A DNA stretch of 63,359 nt, the filler included, from Octopus bimaculoides (taxonomy: Eukaryota): NCBI RefSeq assembly GCF_001194135.2. It is 8 parts of 7 records of this genome, joined end to end, with 100 filler letters (N's around TTAATTAATTAA, not from the genome) between each part and the next. Parts side by side here need not be neighbours in the genome. Positions count along the whole stretch, not along the records: positions 50,311 to 63,359 come from NC_068987.1; 7 more parts are not named here. One strand, given 5' to 3'. The notes under the pieces were generated by a model. That model had not been told where the DNA came from. It ran no database searches and saw only the letters and a list, made by a program, of their open reading frames with translations. The position numbers and the translations under genes are program-made. Below, piece by piece: positions 63,076 to 63,359 of this stretch (the first letter of the stretch is position 1; the number at the start of each line of letters is the position of its first letter).

Positions 63076-63359
63076 TTTTATCCTTTTATTTGTTTCAGTC
63101 ATTTAACTGCGGCCATGCTGGAGCACCGCCATTAGTCGAGCAAATCGACCCCAGAACTTATTTTTTGTAAACTTAGTACTTATTCTATCGGTCTCTTTTG
63201 CCGAACCAGCATCGGTTATCATACAATGTTGGGGTGACAAACACAGACACACACACACACACACACACACATGCATACGCACACTCACACACACAAACAC
63301 ACACACATACATATATACGACATACATATATACGACGGGCTTCTTTTAGTTTCCGTCTA
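63073..63359 (-). mobile_element. SINE family B 3' half with internal (CA)/(TA) microsatellite; continues past the window end
   Basis: tttcagtcatttaactgcggccatgctggagcaccgcc...; ends gacgggcttcttttagtttccgtcta, which overlaps the 55876 copy. Confidence 0.75.

Noticed and set aside
1-63359. CRISPR arrays, rRNA genes, prokaryotic or phage systems
   Set aside because: No repeat-spacer arrays, rRNA-like sequence or operon-like gene density; the window is repeat-rich eukaryotic DNA.

Overview
AT-rich, microsatellite-saturated animal genomic DNA from a gappy draft assembly (roughly 7 kb of N). The repeat landscape and gene content suggest a coleoid cephalopod such as Octopus; this is inference, not verified. 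Only one host gene is supportable: the N-terminal half of a sialin-like SLC17 (MFS) transporter on the minus strand (47680->46827), intronless over 284 codons and running into an assembly gap. The rest is transposon debris: many tRNA-headed SINEs built from shuffled head/core/tail modules, Tc1 and mariner remnants and MITEs, a hAT MITE, R4/Dong-type LINE fragments, faint RTE and Penelope RT remnants, and simple repeats. Almost all ORFs in the supplied track are artefacts of (TA)n/(CA)n/trinucleotide repeats or N runs. The two most interesting signals are: (1) a tRNA-headed (Pol III) element at 62412-62713 carrying a Penelope-type minimal hammerhead ribozyme fold, with a palindrome that sequesters its own A-box; (2) the SLC17 paralogue keeps the anion-binding arginines but has lost the residues equivalent to sialin E171, E175, H183 and R195. 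All alignments were done by eye; no database searches were run.
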